Shown: positions 53,311 through 64,000 of the stretch, in pieces
Position numbering within the stretch: position 1 is the stretch's first letter
Layout of the letters: each line of letters begins with the position of its first letter
Source: Eledone cirrhosa
Lineage: Eukaryota
Reading direction: 5' to 3'
Length of the DNA stretch: 64,000 bases
NCBI GenBank assembly: GCA_964016885.1
Contig: OZ024748.1
Location: 51,894,001 to 51,958,000 of the forward strand
Notes under the pieces: generated by a model
Database searches by the model: none
What the model saw: only the letters and a program-made list of their open reading frames with translations
What the model was told of the DNA's origin: nothing
Program-made: the position numbers and the translations under genes

Positions 53311-54150
53311 ACTACCACCATCAAGACCTCTAACCATCGACACCACCACATCTCACACCATTGACCATCAATACTACTACTGCGCATCCAAATACTACAG
53401 CTAGTGATATTACCACTAAGAAAACCTCCCCATCCAACCACAACCACCACCACCACCACCACCACTGCTACCAACACAACCACTGCTACCAACACAACCA
53501 CCACCACCGCCACTGCTACCAACACAACCACCACCAACACAACCACCACCACCACCACTGCTACCAACACAACCACCACCACCACAACCACTGCTACCAA
53601 CACAACCACCACCACCGCCACTGCTACCAACACAACCACCACCAACACAACCACCACCACAACCACTGCTACCAACACAACCACCACCACCACAACCACT
53701 GCTACCAACACAACCACCACCACCACAACCACTGCTACCAACACAACCACCACCACCACCACTGCTACCAACACAACCACCACTGCTACCAACACAACCA
53801 CCACCACCAACACAACCACCACCACCACAACAACCACCACAACCACCACCACAACAACAACCATCATGTCGCAGTCCAATCGGAAACTTAATAGAATAAT
53901 TAGTAAAACAATAAAGATGCACTAGACACACACATACATAATATATATATGTATATATATATATATATGTGTATATATTTATATATGTATATATACACAC
54001 ATACACATATTTTAATATATATATATGCGTGTGTGTGCGTGTGAAAAAGAATGATATTGAATCTGTCTCTCAATACTGAAATCAATTGTAATGTTTAAGA
54101 GAGGGAGAAGGTGGGGGAAATATTCCATTTAAATTGGTTCAACTTAACTT

Positions 54151-54186
<36 letters not shown>

Positions 54187-54188
54187 TA

Positions 54189-54246
<58 letters not shown>

Positions 54247-54738
54247 TATATGTAAATATATATATATATTGAAAAAAAAAATTTTAATTTTTAAAAAGAT
54301 TTTTGTAGTTATCTTCATTGTTTTATTTTTGATTTTATTACTATATTTCTTAAATATTAATTGCTTATTTTTATATTCTATTATATTACTATCATATTTT
54401 TTTTTTTTTTGTGGAGGGGAGGGAATTGTGAATTTTTCTTCCCTTAATGAATTTGTTTCGCAATTAACGTCAACATAACGAAAGAAAAAATAGAAAAATC
54501 CAACAACGATAAATAAAGGAGAAAAATCCAATGCCTTTATTTTTATTTTTTAATGTTTTAAATATTTTTTCTCCTCATCGTCTCTCTCTATTTTCTGACC
54601 TTTTCATTAATTAAAATGCGAACTAGAGCACACAACAGCTTTTAATTGAAAATAGAAACTATAGATTCTTGAAAGAATCTAAAATAGAAGATAAAATAGA
54701 GGAAAAATGAACAAATAAATATCCTCGAAAAGTAAATT

Positions 54739-54774
<36 letters not shown>

Positions 54775-54960
54775 CACAACAAGTGCAAAAAATAGACCTT
54801 CTCCCTATAAAGAAAAAAAAAACTTTAAAAAGGTGAAAATAACATTTCTTGAACAAAGTCTAAATTGCCAGCTTCATTTAAACAAGTTCATTTTCTCTGC
54901 CATCTGAATAGCTTCATTTGATTATTCATTTACAAGTCTCTCTCTCTATATATGTAATTT

Positions 54961-54991
<31 letters not shown>

Positions 54992-55180
54992 GTAATTATA
55001 TGTATATATATATACATATATATATGTATATCCCTCATTAAACACACACACGTATATACTTATGCTCACGTATGCATATAGCTTACCATTTGATTCCAAC
55101 CTTGCTAGCATAGATAAGGTGGTTTGATGATGATGATAAATACGTACACATATACTAACACACACAATATATATATACAT

Positions 55181-55216
<36 letters not shown>

Positions 55217-55303
55217 GAGTTTACAAATGGGGAGTTATAATAAATTTGACTTGCAAAGTTCAGATGGAAAATGGTTCGGAGGGAAAATGGTTGCAGTGAA
55301 GAT

Positions 55304-55356
<53 letters not shown>

Positions 55357-55377
55357 ATATTAAATAAATGGAAACTA

Positions 55378-55479
55378 TATTTATAAAACCATATTTATTT
55401 TATTATATATATTTCAAGGGTACCAAGACAACATTGGTACGCTTTCATCAGATAAAATACAAAGTTTGTTTTATAAATA
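55378..55479 (-). ncRNA. Type I hammerhead ribozyme motif (intact core) in a PLE-like terminus (~55350-55740)
   Basis: Minus strand: TATTTTAT-CTGATGA-AAGcGTACCAA(tgttgtc)TTGGTACcCTT-GAAA-TATATA-TA^ATAAAATA. Stem I is extended by a further 12-bp helix TATTTATAAAAC/GTTTTATAAATA. Confidence 0.75.
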
Positions 55480-55744
55480 GAGACATACCCATGAAAATCA
55501 TACCTTATCGGTTGGATATTCTCTGGATAGTGGAAATATATTAGGGATTTTTCAAACTTATGGGTGAATATGCAAATGAATATGTAAATAATTGAAAAAC
55601 AACATTTATTTAAACGACTATGGAGAGAGAGAGAAGAGATGAGGAGAAGGATAAAATAGTGCGAGAGAGAGAAGAAAGAAACAAGAGAAGATGAATAAAA
55701 ACTCATATCCAACAAATTAAATACCCTTCTACTTATATAGATAT

Positions 55745-56486
55745 GTTTCTTTATTAGCCACAGGGGCACAAAAGAAGGGGACAAATACAAAGGGGGAGTT
55801 TACATACAGGTATATGAAAATAAAACTATTAATAAAATAACAAATAACAATTGATATCCCCAATAGGGGGGAGGTGTTACACAGGGCTTGTACACACCCC
55901 GAAAAAATGTACAACCCTCATCTCCAGGAGCACCAAGAGTGAGTACTCCTTTCCTCTCTTCCTCTTTCTCCTCAACCTACAGGCTTATATAGAGAGAAGG
56001 CCCAACCACTCGGGCCATCTTTGCCACATTCACCCACCTTTTATAAAATTTGCTGGGGTACAGCACCTCTCTCTCCATCCTGATTCTTCTTCCAAAATGA
56101 TATTTGAAAAAACGAATCAGTTGCTCGCCGGAGAGGAAGGTGTCTGACCTCGGCCCTTTTAACCTCGTCCACCATATAACCTCTTTCACCATAGCCATAA
56201 CACATAGGAAAACCGCCTCTCCCTCGTTTTTGAAGGAGGGTGGCGGTTTGATCATGACAATGGACTCGGTGGTCAACTGGATTGGTCCCACCCGCGACAA
56301 TAGTCGTTCTACATAGCCCCACACGTCGGTAATGCCAGGGCAGTGTACAAATGTGTGCGCGACGGGTTCCTCGTCGCGCACGCATCTCAGACAGATCTTT
56401 TTTGAAGGGTCCCTACCTGGGCGCCCGTGTCTGTAGAGCTTGTCTCGAACTGGTAGAGCTCCACGGTAGCACTGCCAGGCCAGGGA
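55745..56486 (-). mobile_element. 5'-truncated Tx1/L1-type LINE fragment (ORF2 C-terminus with zf-RVT motif + 3' UTR)
   Basis: ORF 55977-56486 (-) encodes LAWQCYRGALPVRDKL...CLRCVRDEEPVAHTFVHC (C-x2-C-x8-H-x4-C)...KEVIWWTR, typical of L1/Tx1 ORF2 ends. 3' UTR ends with AATAAA at 55750-55755 (-). Confidence 0.85.
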
Positions 56487-57004
56487 TAGATAGATAGATG
56501 GATGGATATACACCTTCACTCAGTTAAACACACACAAGCAAATAAAGTAGATGTAAAAACGACAATGATGATGACACATACAAACACACACACTCAAACA
56601 TCAGCATCACCATCGTTTAATGTGTTTTCCATGATAGTCAGGGTTGGCTGGGTTGTTACTGATCAGTTCAGTAAATAACCAAAGCCATTGACTAAATCAT
56701 GCTGACATATTTTCCCACGTGTTGCAAAGTGCACTGAGTGCATTTCATGATGGCACCAGAACTGGGGAGGTTGTCATGTCATAGACATAACTGAAGAGTC
56801 CTCTCGACTATGTTCCTCAATGTTCTATGACTGAATGTTTTCTCTGCCACACACACACACACATGTCAGAATTATAGTCAAAGGTTAATGAAATGAAGTA
56901 CCAGTCATATACAACTGGTGTAGAGCCATGCTGGGGCATTGCCATTAATTGTAAGCGGCTATTATTTTAAACATCACCTTCGTTGACAACATTATTATTA
57001 TAAT

Positions 57005-59260
57005 TGCCATCATCATCATCATCATCATCAGTAGCATCATTATCACCATCCCCACCATCACCACCATCATTATTACCATCATCACCATTATGACCATCAC
57101 CAACATCACCATCATGATAACCATCACCATCATCACCATCACCACTATTACCATCACCATCACCACCATCATGATAACCATCACCATCATCACCATCACC
57201 ATCATCACCATTATCCCCACCATTACCACCATCATTATTACCATCATCACCATCACCACTATTACCATCACCACCATCACCACCATCACCACTATTACCA
57301 TCACCATCACCACCATCACCACTATTACCATCACCACTATTACCATCACCATCACCACCATCACCACTATTACCATCACCATCACCACTATTACCATCAC
57401 CATCATCGCCACTATTACCATCACCACCACTATTACCATCACCATCATCACCACCATCACCACCATCACCACCACCACTATTACCATCACCACTATTACC
57501 ATCACCATCACCACCATCACCACCACCACCACCACCACCACCATGACCATCACCACCATTACCACCATCACCATTAATTGACAATGTAATATATTTTTTA
57601 TGATATTTCTATCTTATGTTGTTCCTGTTGTTTATTCAATCAGAGTTAAACTGATTTAAGCTGTTTAAGTGGCACAGGGGAGAGGATTTAATTAATAAAG
57701 GAAATTGAACCATAGCCTGTCTTACACAGTATTACATATGGTGGTGGTGGTGGTGGTGGTGGTGGTGATGATGGTGATGGTGGTGGTGGTGGTGGTGATG
57801 GTGGTGGTAGTGGTGGTGGTGATGATAGTGGTGGTGGTGATAGTGGTGGTGGTGATGATAGTGGTGGTGGTGGTGATGATAGTGGTGGTGGTGGTGATGA
57901 TAGTGGTGGTGGTGGTGATGATAGTGAAGGTGGTGGTGATGGTAGTGGTGATGGTGTGGTGGTGGTGATGGTGGTGGTGGTGATGGTGGTGGTGGTGATG
58001 GTGGTGGTGGTGATGGTGGTGATGGTGGTGATGGTGGTGATGGTGGTGGTGGTGGTGGTGATAATGGTGGTCATAAATATAATTAAGATGGTGATGATGA
58101 ATATAATTACGATGGTGGTGGTGGTGGTGTTGATGATGATGATGATGGTGGCGATGATGGAAGTGGTGGTTGTGATGATGATGCTGGCTATAATTAAGCT
58201 GCTACTACTGATGATGATAATGATGATCATAATGATGATGATGTATGTTGTAATTATCATCATCATTGTGGCAGTTATGCTGATGGTAGTGATGCTGCTG
58301 ATGGTAGTGATGCTGCTGATGGTAGTGATGCTGCTGATGGTAGTGATGCTGCTGATGGTGGTGATGCTGCTGATGGTGGTGATGCTGCTGATGGTGGCGA
58401 TGCTGCTGATGGTGGCGATGCTGCTGATGGTGGCGATGCTGCTGATGGTGGCGATGCTGCTGATGGTGGCGATGCTGCTGATGGTGGCGATGCTGCTGAT
58501 GGTGGCGATGCTGCTGATGGTGGCGATGCTGCTGATGGTGGCGATGCTGCTGATGGTGGTGATGCTGCTGATGGTGGTGATGCTGCTGATGGTGGTGATG
58601 CTGCTGATGGTGGTGATGCTGCTGATGGTGGTGATGATGCATGCAGTGATTATTTTCATCATCATCATAAATATTGTTATGACAGGTATGTTGGTGATGA
58701 TGATGATGATGTATGTAGTAATTATTGTCATCAGCAACAACAACAACATTATTTTGACAGTTATGTTAGAGATGATGATGAATGTGGTGGTGGTGGTGGT
58801 GGTGGTGATGATGGTGATGGTGGTGGTGGTGGTGGTGATGGTGATGGTGATGGTGGTGATGGTGATGGTGATGATGATGGTGATGATGATGGTGATGGTG
58901 ATGATGGTGATGATGGTGGTGATGATGATGGTGATGGTGATGATGATGATATATGTGGTGGATCATCAACATCATCATCATCACCAATATTAAGTTATGT
59001 TGTTGGTCTTGATGATGATGATGTATGTGGTAATTATCAGCAGCAGAAGCAGCAGTAATATTATAATGACAGTTGTGATGATGATGATGATGATGATGTG
59101 CAAAGTGACTTTCTTCCATCATCATCATCATTATCATGACAGTTATGCTGTTGTGGACTGTATGTAGTGATTGATAACAGCAGCAGCAGCATCAACATCA
59201 ACATCAGCAGCAACATCAGCAGCAGCAGCAGCAGCAGCAGCAGCATCAGCAACATCAACA
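57005..59260. repeat. (CACCAT)n tract, then (GGT/GAT)n tracts including an 18-bp GATGCTGCTGATGGTGG(C/T) minisatellite at ~58280-58635
   Basis: Direct reading. Confidence 0.9.
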
Positions 59261-59355
59261 ACGCAATTGTGATAGTTACATTGTTAGTATAATAACAAAA
59301 AAATGGACCTGTTGCTGATAATGATTACAAAATTGTTAAGGTAAATGATATTAAT

Positions 59356-59528
59356 TGTTTCTACTTTAGGCACAAGGCCAGCAATTACCCAGTGCATTAC
59401 TGGTACTTTATTTTATCGACCCCGTAAGGATGAAAGGCAAAGTTAACCTCGGCAGGATTTGAACTCAGATCGTAAAGGGACGTAACTATGCTGGAAAGCA
59501 TGGCGTCCGACCCTCTACCGATACTGCC
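59356..59528 (-). mobile_element. Meta-like SINE with 12-bp TSD
   Basis: Close match to 36984-37171; TSD AATGATATTAAT at 59344-59355 and 59529-59540. Confidence 0.85.
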
Positions 59529-59669
59529 AATGATATTAATGCTGATATTTTAAAGTTTTAGTCAAGTAAGAAAAGGCAGCGCCCATGAGCCCCTTTTCAG
59601 AACCTTTGAGGTTGCTGGAAGCATAGGAGAAAAGTATCCTCAGACCACACACCTGATGCAAATACTATC

Positions 59670-59933
59670 TTAACCCTTCAGATATCAAACTGCATGAAAA
59701 TGTCCCCGTCTCTTTGATACAAAGTTGTTTATTCTAAAATATTTATATTTATCTAAAAACCTACCATCATAATTTTATCTAAGAAAATCTTGTAAATTAT
59801 ATTCCAAATTCCAACTTAATAATGAAAAATTTAATTAAATTAGTAATTCACACCAAATTCTTTATCGCTTTCAAAACTGTTTGGAAACCATAGGCCACAT
59901 CTTTTATTAGAAATATAGGAATTAAAGGGTTAA
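59670..59933. mobile_element. Second piggyBac-type MITE
   Basis: TTAA-CCCTT ... AAGGG-TTAA termini with different internal sequence. Confidence 0.5.
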
Positions 59934-59971
59934 TGGTGGTAGCTGCATATAATAGGTTGTGATGATGGTAG

Positions 59972-60260
59972 GGGAGGCGCATGGCCTAGCAGCAAGGGTG
60001 TTGGACTTACGATCATAATGTCATGGGTTTGATTCCTTGGCTTGGGTTGTGTTATATTCTTGAGCAAAACATTTCATTTCATGTTGCTCCAGTAAACTCA
60101 GCTGAAAATGAGTACCAGCAATAGCTGGGTATTTAACCATGCAATGGACTGGTGTCCTGTCCAGGTGGAGAGGGAGTCTTGTACTCTTAGATGCTTCATG
60201 CCATGAAGCCGGGATAAGCACTGGCCTTATGAGCCTTCTGGCTTAAGACAGACTTTAGAT
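59972..60260 (+). mobile_element. tRNA-head CORE-SINE, family B (different tail)
   Basis: GGGAGGCGCATGGCCTAG..GGGTTTGATTCC head, CTTGAGCAAAACATTTC core, tail GACTGG..CCTGTCCAGG..GGATAAGCACTGG..GACAGACTTTAGA. Confidence 0.8.
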
Positions 60261-60359
60261 GATGGTTGTAGTGGTGGTTTTTGTGATGTTGGTATCTGAG
60301 ATATCTACAATTTTGGCATTACCATGTTAGTGGCAGTAATAATGGTGATTTTGTTGTTA

Positions 60360-60495
60360 TTCTTTGTCCACTTATTCCTGAGAGGATTGTGAGGGCAGAG
60401 TCCTCAAACATATTTTCCAGCAGGTCCTGTCAGAAGCAACCATCTCCAATTGATCTGGCTGGATCCCCAGGCCAGACAAATTGAGTTCATGGAAC
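60360..60495 (-). pseudogene. Old RTE (Expander/Rex3-like) ORF C-terminal remnant
   Basis: Minus frame HELNLSGLGIQPDQLEMVASDRTCWKICLRTLPSQSSQE; homologous to 12280-12420. Confidence 0.55.
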
Positions 60496-60689
60496 ACATT
60501 ATGGTTTTGCTGTTATAGTTTAGCTTCAGGTCAACCCTGATTCAGCACAACTCTGAATTAAGGCATTACTACCATAAAAGATTTTCGTCTTTGTTAACCC
60601 TTTCTTTACTATATTTCTAAGGAAATACACAGTATTTGCAATAATTTATGGGGCCACCAGTGCATGGGCCCCTATTTGCTCATAATAAT

Positions 60690-60753
60690 TGTTTCTACTT
60701 TAGGCACAAGGCCAGCAATTACCCAGTGCATTACTGGTACTTTATTTTATCGA
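60690..60753 (-). mobile_element. 5'-truncated Meta-like SINE with 21-bp TSD, inserted in an older repeat (homolog at ~44912-45005)
   Basis: TSD CCCCTATTTGCTCATAATAAT at 60669-60689 and 60754-60774. Confidence 0.8.
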
Positions 60754-61881
60754 CCCCTATTTGCTCATAATAATGGGAGATGCGAAGAGCAGGAGAGATG
60801 GAGGTGGTGACAGTGGGAGTTTGGTGCCTCTGTGTTTGAACCTGGTGTAGATGTGTTTGTGTGAATGGTCAATGTCAGGCACTGAAACCTGAGGTAGCGT
60901 TTTTGTTCCGTGTATTATTATATTGTTCTTTAATAATTCAATAACCAAATGAAATTTGCAACAAAAATCTTGGTTTTAAACATTCATGAAAAGATTTATA
61001 GAAGTTCTTAATTTTTATAAATTATTAAGATTGTATATGTAACATAACTGAATAAAAGGTAAAAATATATGTTAAAAGGTTTTAACTTACTGTCTATTCT
61101 TAAATATAAGCCGAGGAATATGTGACCCCCTCTGCCCGCCAAAAATAGACAAAAGAAACAAACAAAAAACATGGTAAATGGGTGGGGGTGGGGGGGAGTT
61201 AGTTTATATCTGCCATCTAAACAATGTGTTGATTAGCCGGCTAGCCTTATAAACAAGGTTTAGGGTGACTTATAGTCGAGTATATATGCTAAATAGAAGC
61301 ACTTTAGAGTAGCTGGTTTGAGTGAGTTGGTGTCAAAAAGGTTAAGATGGTATGGTTTGATATGATAGAGTTTTAACTGCTATCTCTTGTTTGTCTTTGT
61401 AACAGTAGTAATGTCTATAATTGCAACAGATTTTAGTGCTTCCAATGTTGTCAAGAGTGATAAGGATTATGTGAAGCTACCAACACTTTGCATCTGCTGT
61501 TTTACCAAATGGTGGATTTGATTGATAGCCTAATTAACAAATACATCTAATTAGTTTTGTTTGCAATATCTAATTTGAAATTCCAACAGCTATCTTGTTT
61601 TTTAAACTATCACTTTACAGTTAATTTCAATTTCTGGTGAATATTTACAGTTCTTTTTTTAGAATCAATTAGGAGAGTAAAAAAAGGTGTATGGTGGTGG
61701 TGGTGGTGTGGGTGTGTAATGTTTTTTAACATAGCGACATGTGGAGGAGGTGGGGGAGAGGAATAACGGAAGGGTTAGGGAAATCAGGAGCGTATGGGAG
61801 ACAGAGTGATAGAAAAGGGCAATAAGAGAAACAGATAGAGCAGGTCAGTGTCAGGGGGAGAGAGAGAGAGAGGAAGAGAGG

Positions 61882-61912
<31 letters not shown>

Positions 61913-62754
61913 GAAGAGGAAGAGAGGAAGAGAAAGAGAGGAAGAGAAAGAGAGGAAGAGAGAGAGAGAGAGAGAGGAAGAGAGGGAGAGAGAGAGAGGA
62001 AGAGAGGGAGAGAGAGAGAGAGAGAAAGAGAGGAAGAGGAAGAGAGGAAGAGAAAGAGAGGAAGAGAAAGAGAGGAAGAGAAAGAGAGAAAGAGAGGAAG
62101 AGAAAGAGAGAAAGAGAGAAAGAGAGAAAGAGAGAAAGAGAGAAAGAAAGAGAAAGAGAGAAAGAAAGAGAAAGAGAGAAAGAAAGAGAAAGAGAGAAAG
62201 AGAAAGAGAGAAAGAGAGAAAGAGAGAAAGAGAGAAAGAGAGAAAGAGAGAAAGAGAAAGAGAGAGAAGAGAGAAAGAGAGAAAGAGAAACAGGGGAAGA
62301 GAGAGAGAGCGCAAGTGAAAACAAAAAAGGAATTATAGAGAGAAAGACATGAAAAAATAATTAGAGAGATGTGTGTGTTTGGTACCTTAAACTAAACAAC
62401 AAATCACTTTTAATATGACACAAAAGGTAACACTTAAAATTAAATAAATGAAATTATTTTGGAAATGAATTAAATTTCAGTCATTGTAATATGGTTTTTA
62501 TTGCCAACAGACTTCTGCTAATAGTTTGCCTCGCAAGTCTGTCTTTAATACTAATAATTGTTTTTGATTTAAGCACAAGGCCAGAAATATAGAGGGAGAA
62601 AACAGTTGATTATATCAAGCGCAGTTCTTGACCAAGATTTTATTTGATGATGAGGAATTTTAGAAGTTGATTTAAGTAGTATTTGGACCCACTCACTGAC
62701 CACACTACTAAAAATATGTAAACCTTCAGTTGTCTTTGTCATATTATCATCATG

Positions 62755-62905
62755 ATCATCATGATCATCATCACAGTTTTACGTCCATTCTTCCATGCTA
62801 GCATAGGTTAGATGAGTTGTCCTGCTGTGGGCAATGCTAGGTCAGGTAACCATACCTTCCTAATACAGAACTGATTTGGGCTTGGTTTCTACAGGTAGAT
62901 GCCAT
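62755..62905 (-). mobile_element. RTE-A 3' tail fragment
   Basis: Diverged reverse complement of the RTE-A tail (TTTTACGTCC..TTCCATGCTAGCATAGGTTAGA). Confidence 0.65.
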
Positions 62906-62919
62906 TCATATAACAAAAG

Positions 62920-63140
62920 GGGTGGTGGATTAGCAGTATCAGTAAAGTGCTGGACACCATACTTTGTGGCATAGTGTTTCAGCCCTCTATGTCCCGAGTT
63001 CAAACCCTGATGAGGTTAGCTTTCCCTTTCATCCTTACGGGGTCAATAAAATAAAGTACCAGTAATGCACTGACGTTGATTTAATCAACTTTTCCCCTTG
63101 CCCGAATTTGTTGGCCTTGTGCCTGAATCAGAAACAATTA
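62920..63140 (+). mobile_element. Meta-like SINE. Further diverged copies or pieces at 1-36, 255-385, 31120-31270, 43960-44090, 44300-44465, 62555-62690
   Basis: GGTGGATTAGCAGTATC..GAGTTCAAACCC..CCTTTCATCCTTACGGGGTCAATAAAATAAAGTACCAG..GGCCTTGTGCC. Confidence 0.8.
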
Positions 63141-63245
63141 TACATATAACAAGATAATTTACTGTTGTAGCAACAACATTGTTCTCTGACACCATTGAAG
63201 AGAACTCTGATTATACTTTGTTACATTGGTACAAAGTAACCTCTT

Positions 63246-63460
63246 TTAACCCTTTAATGTTCAAACCGGTCAAAACCGGCCAGAATTGTCTACCTTTTTC
63301 TGTTGAAACTGGCTGTAACTGATGTTAAGGTATTGTTCTCAAAATAAATACTTTCAAAATCTCATAGATTCGATACTATGTGAGATAATTATGTGAGGTA
63401 AAGCCTTTACCATGAAAATATAATAGTATATATAGAGGAATGTGAATGCTAAAGGGTTAA
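63246..63460 (+). mobile_element. piggyBac-type MITE
   Basis: TTAA-CCCTTTA ... TAAAGGG-TTAA termini; homologous to 10121-10337 and 63778-63994. Confidence 0.75.
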
Positions 63461-63512
63461 GGAAGAGTAGAATTGATAGAACACTATCTTAATATATTAC
63501 TGGTACTTGTTG

Positions 63513-63775
63513 TGAAGGTACATGGTTTAGTAGTTAGAGTATTGGATTCATAATTGTAAGGTTGTGAATTTGATTCCTGGACAGGGCCATGCATTATGTC
63601 CTTGAGCAAGACACTTTATTTCACAATGCTCTTTTTTCCAAGAGTTGCAGCTGGTAGATATTATGAGCAATGGAAATATTGTATCCTTAGTTCAATTTGA
63701 AGAGATGCACCTCACTCGGAAAGTGAATAAGTTCTGGAAACTTAATTGATTCAATTCCATGTTGACACTGAAACG
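63513..63775 (+). mobile_element. CORE-SINE family C
   Basis: CATGGTTTAGTAGTTAGAG head, CCTTGAGCAAGACACTTTATTTCAC core, family-C tail. Confidence 0.65.
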
Positions 63776-63777
63776 AT

Positions 63778-63994
63778 TTAACTCTTTATCATTTACATTA
63801 CTCTATATTTTCATGGTTAAGGCTTTACCTCACATAATTATCTCACATAATATCGAATCTATGAGATTTGGATATTATTTATTTTGTGAATAATACCTTA
63901 ACGTGAGTATGAACAGCCGGTTACAACCAGTTTAAGCAGAAAAAAGTGAAATAATTCTGGCCAGATATGGCCAGTTTAAATGCTAAAGGGTTAA
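63778..63994 (-). mobile_element. piggyBac-type MITE (inverted copy of 63246-63460)
   Basis: TTAA-CTCTTTA ... TAAAGGG-TTAA termini; internal sequence is the reverse complement of the neighbouring copy. Confidence 0.72.
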
Positions 63995-64000
63995 ACTAAT

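Overview
AT-rich, extremely repeat-dense eukaryotic (metazoan) DNA with no host protein-coding gene that I can support. It reads as intronic or intergenic sequence. The mix of (TA)n/(ACC)n/(GAT)n microsatellites, tRNA-derived CORE- and Meta-type SINEs and RTE LINEs suggests a coleoid cephalopod such as an octopus (inference only). Nearly all ORF-track entries are simple-repeat read-throughs. Supported content: (1) one RTE-clade LINE with an uninterrupted APE+RT ORF (~38395-41497), carrying a C4HC3 PHD-type finger inside the RT and a fold-back rearranged 3' end; (2) several 5'-truncated RTE pieces and a Tx1/L1-type 3' fragment with a CCHC zf-RVT motif; (3) at least four SINE families, one apparently chimeric between two RTE 3' ends; (4) TTAA-flanked piggyBac-type MITEs; (5) two large satellites (28-bp, ~4.9 kb; 40-bp, ~7.3 kb), each with kb-scale higher-order duplications; (6) most notably, a set of type I hammerhead ribozyme motifs with palindromic stem III (18954-19016 +, 37255-37324 +, 36912-36981 -, 37428-37482 -, 55378-55479 -, degenerate 10951-11040 +) plus asymmetric fold-back elements, consistent with Penelope-like element (PLE) termini or retrozymes.
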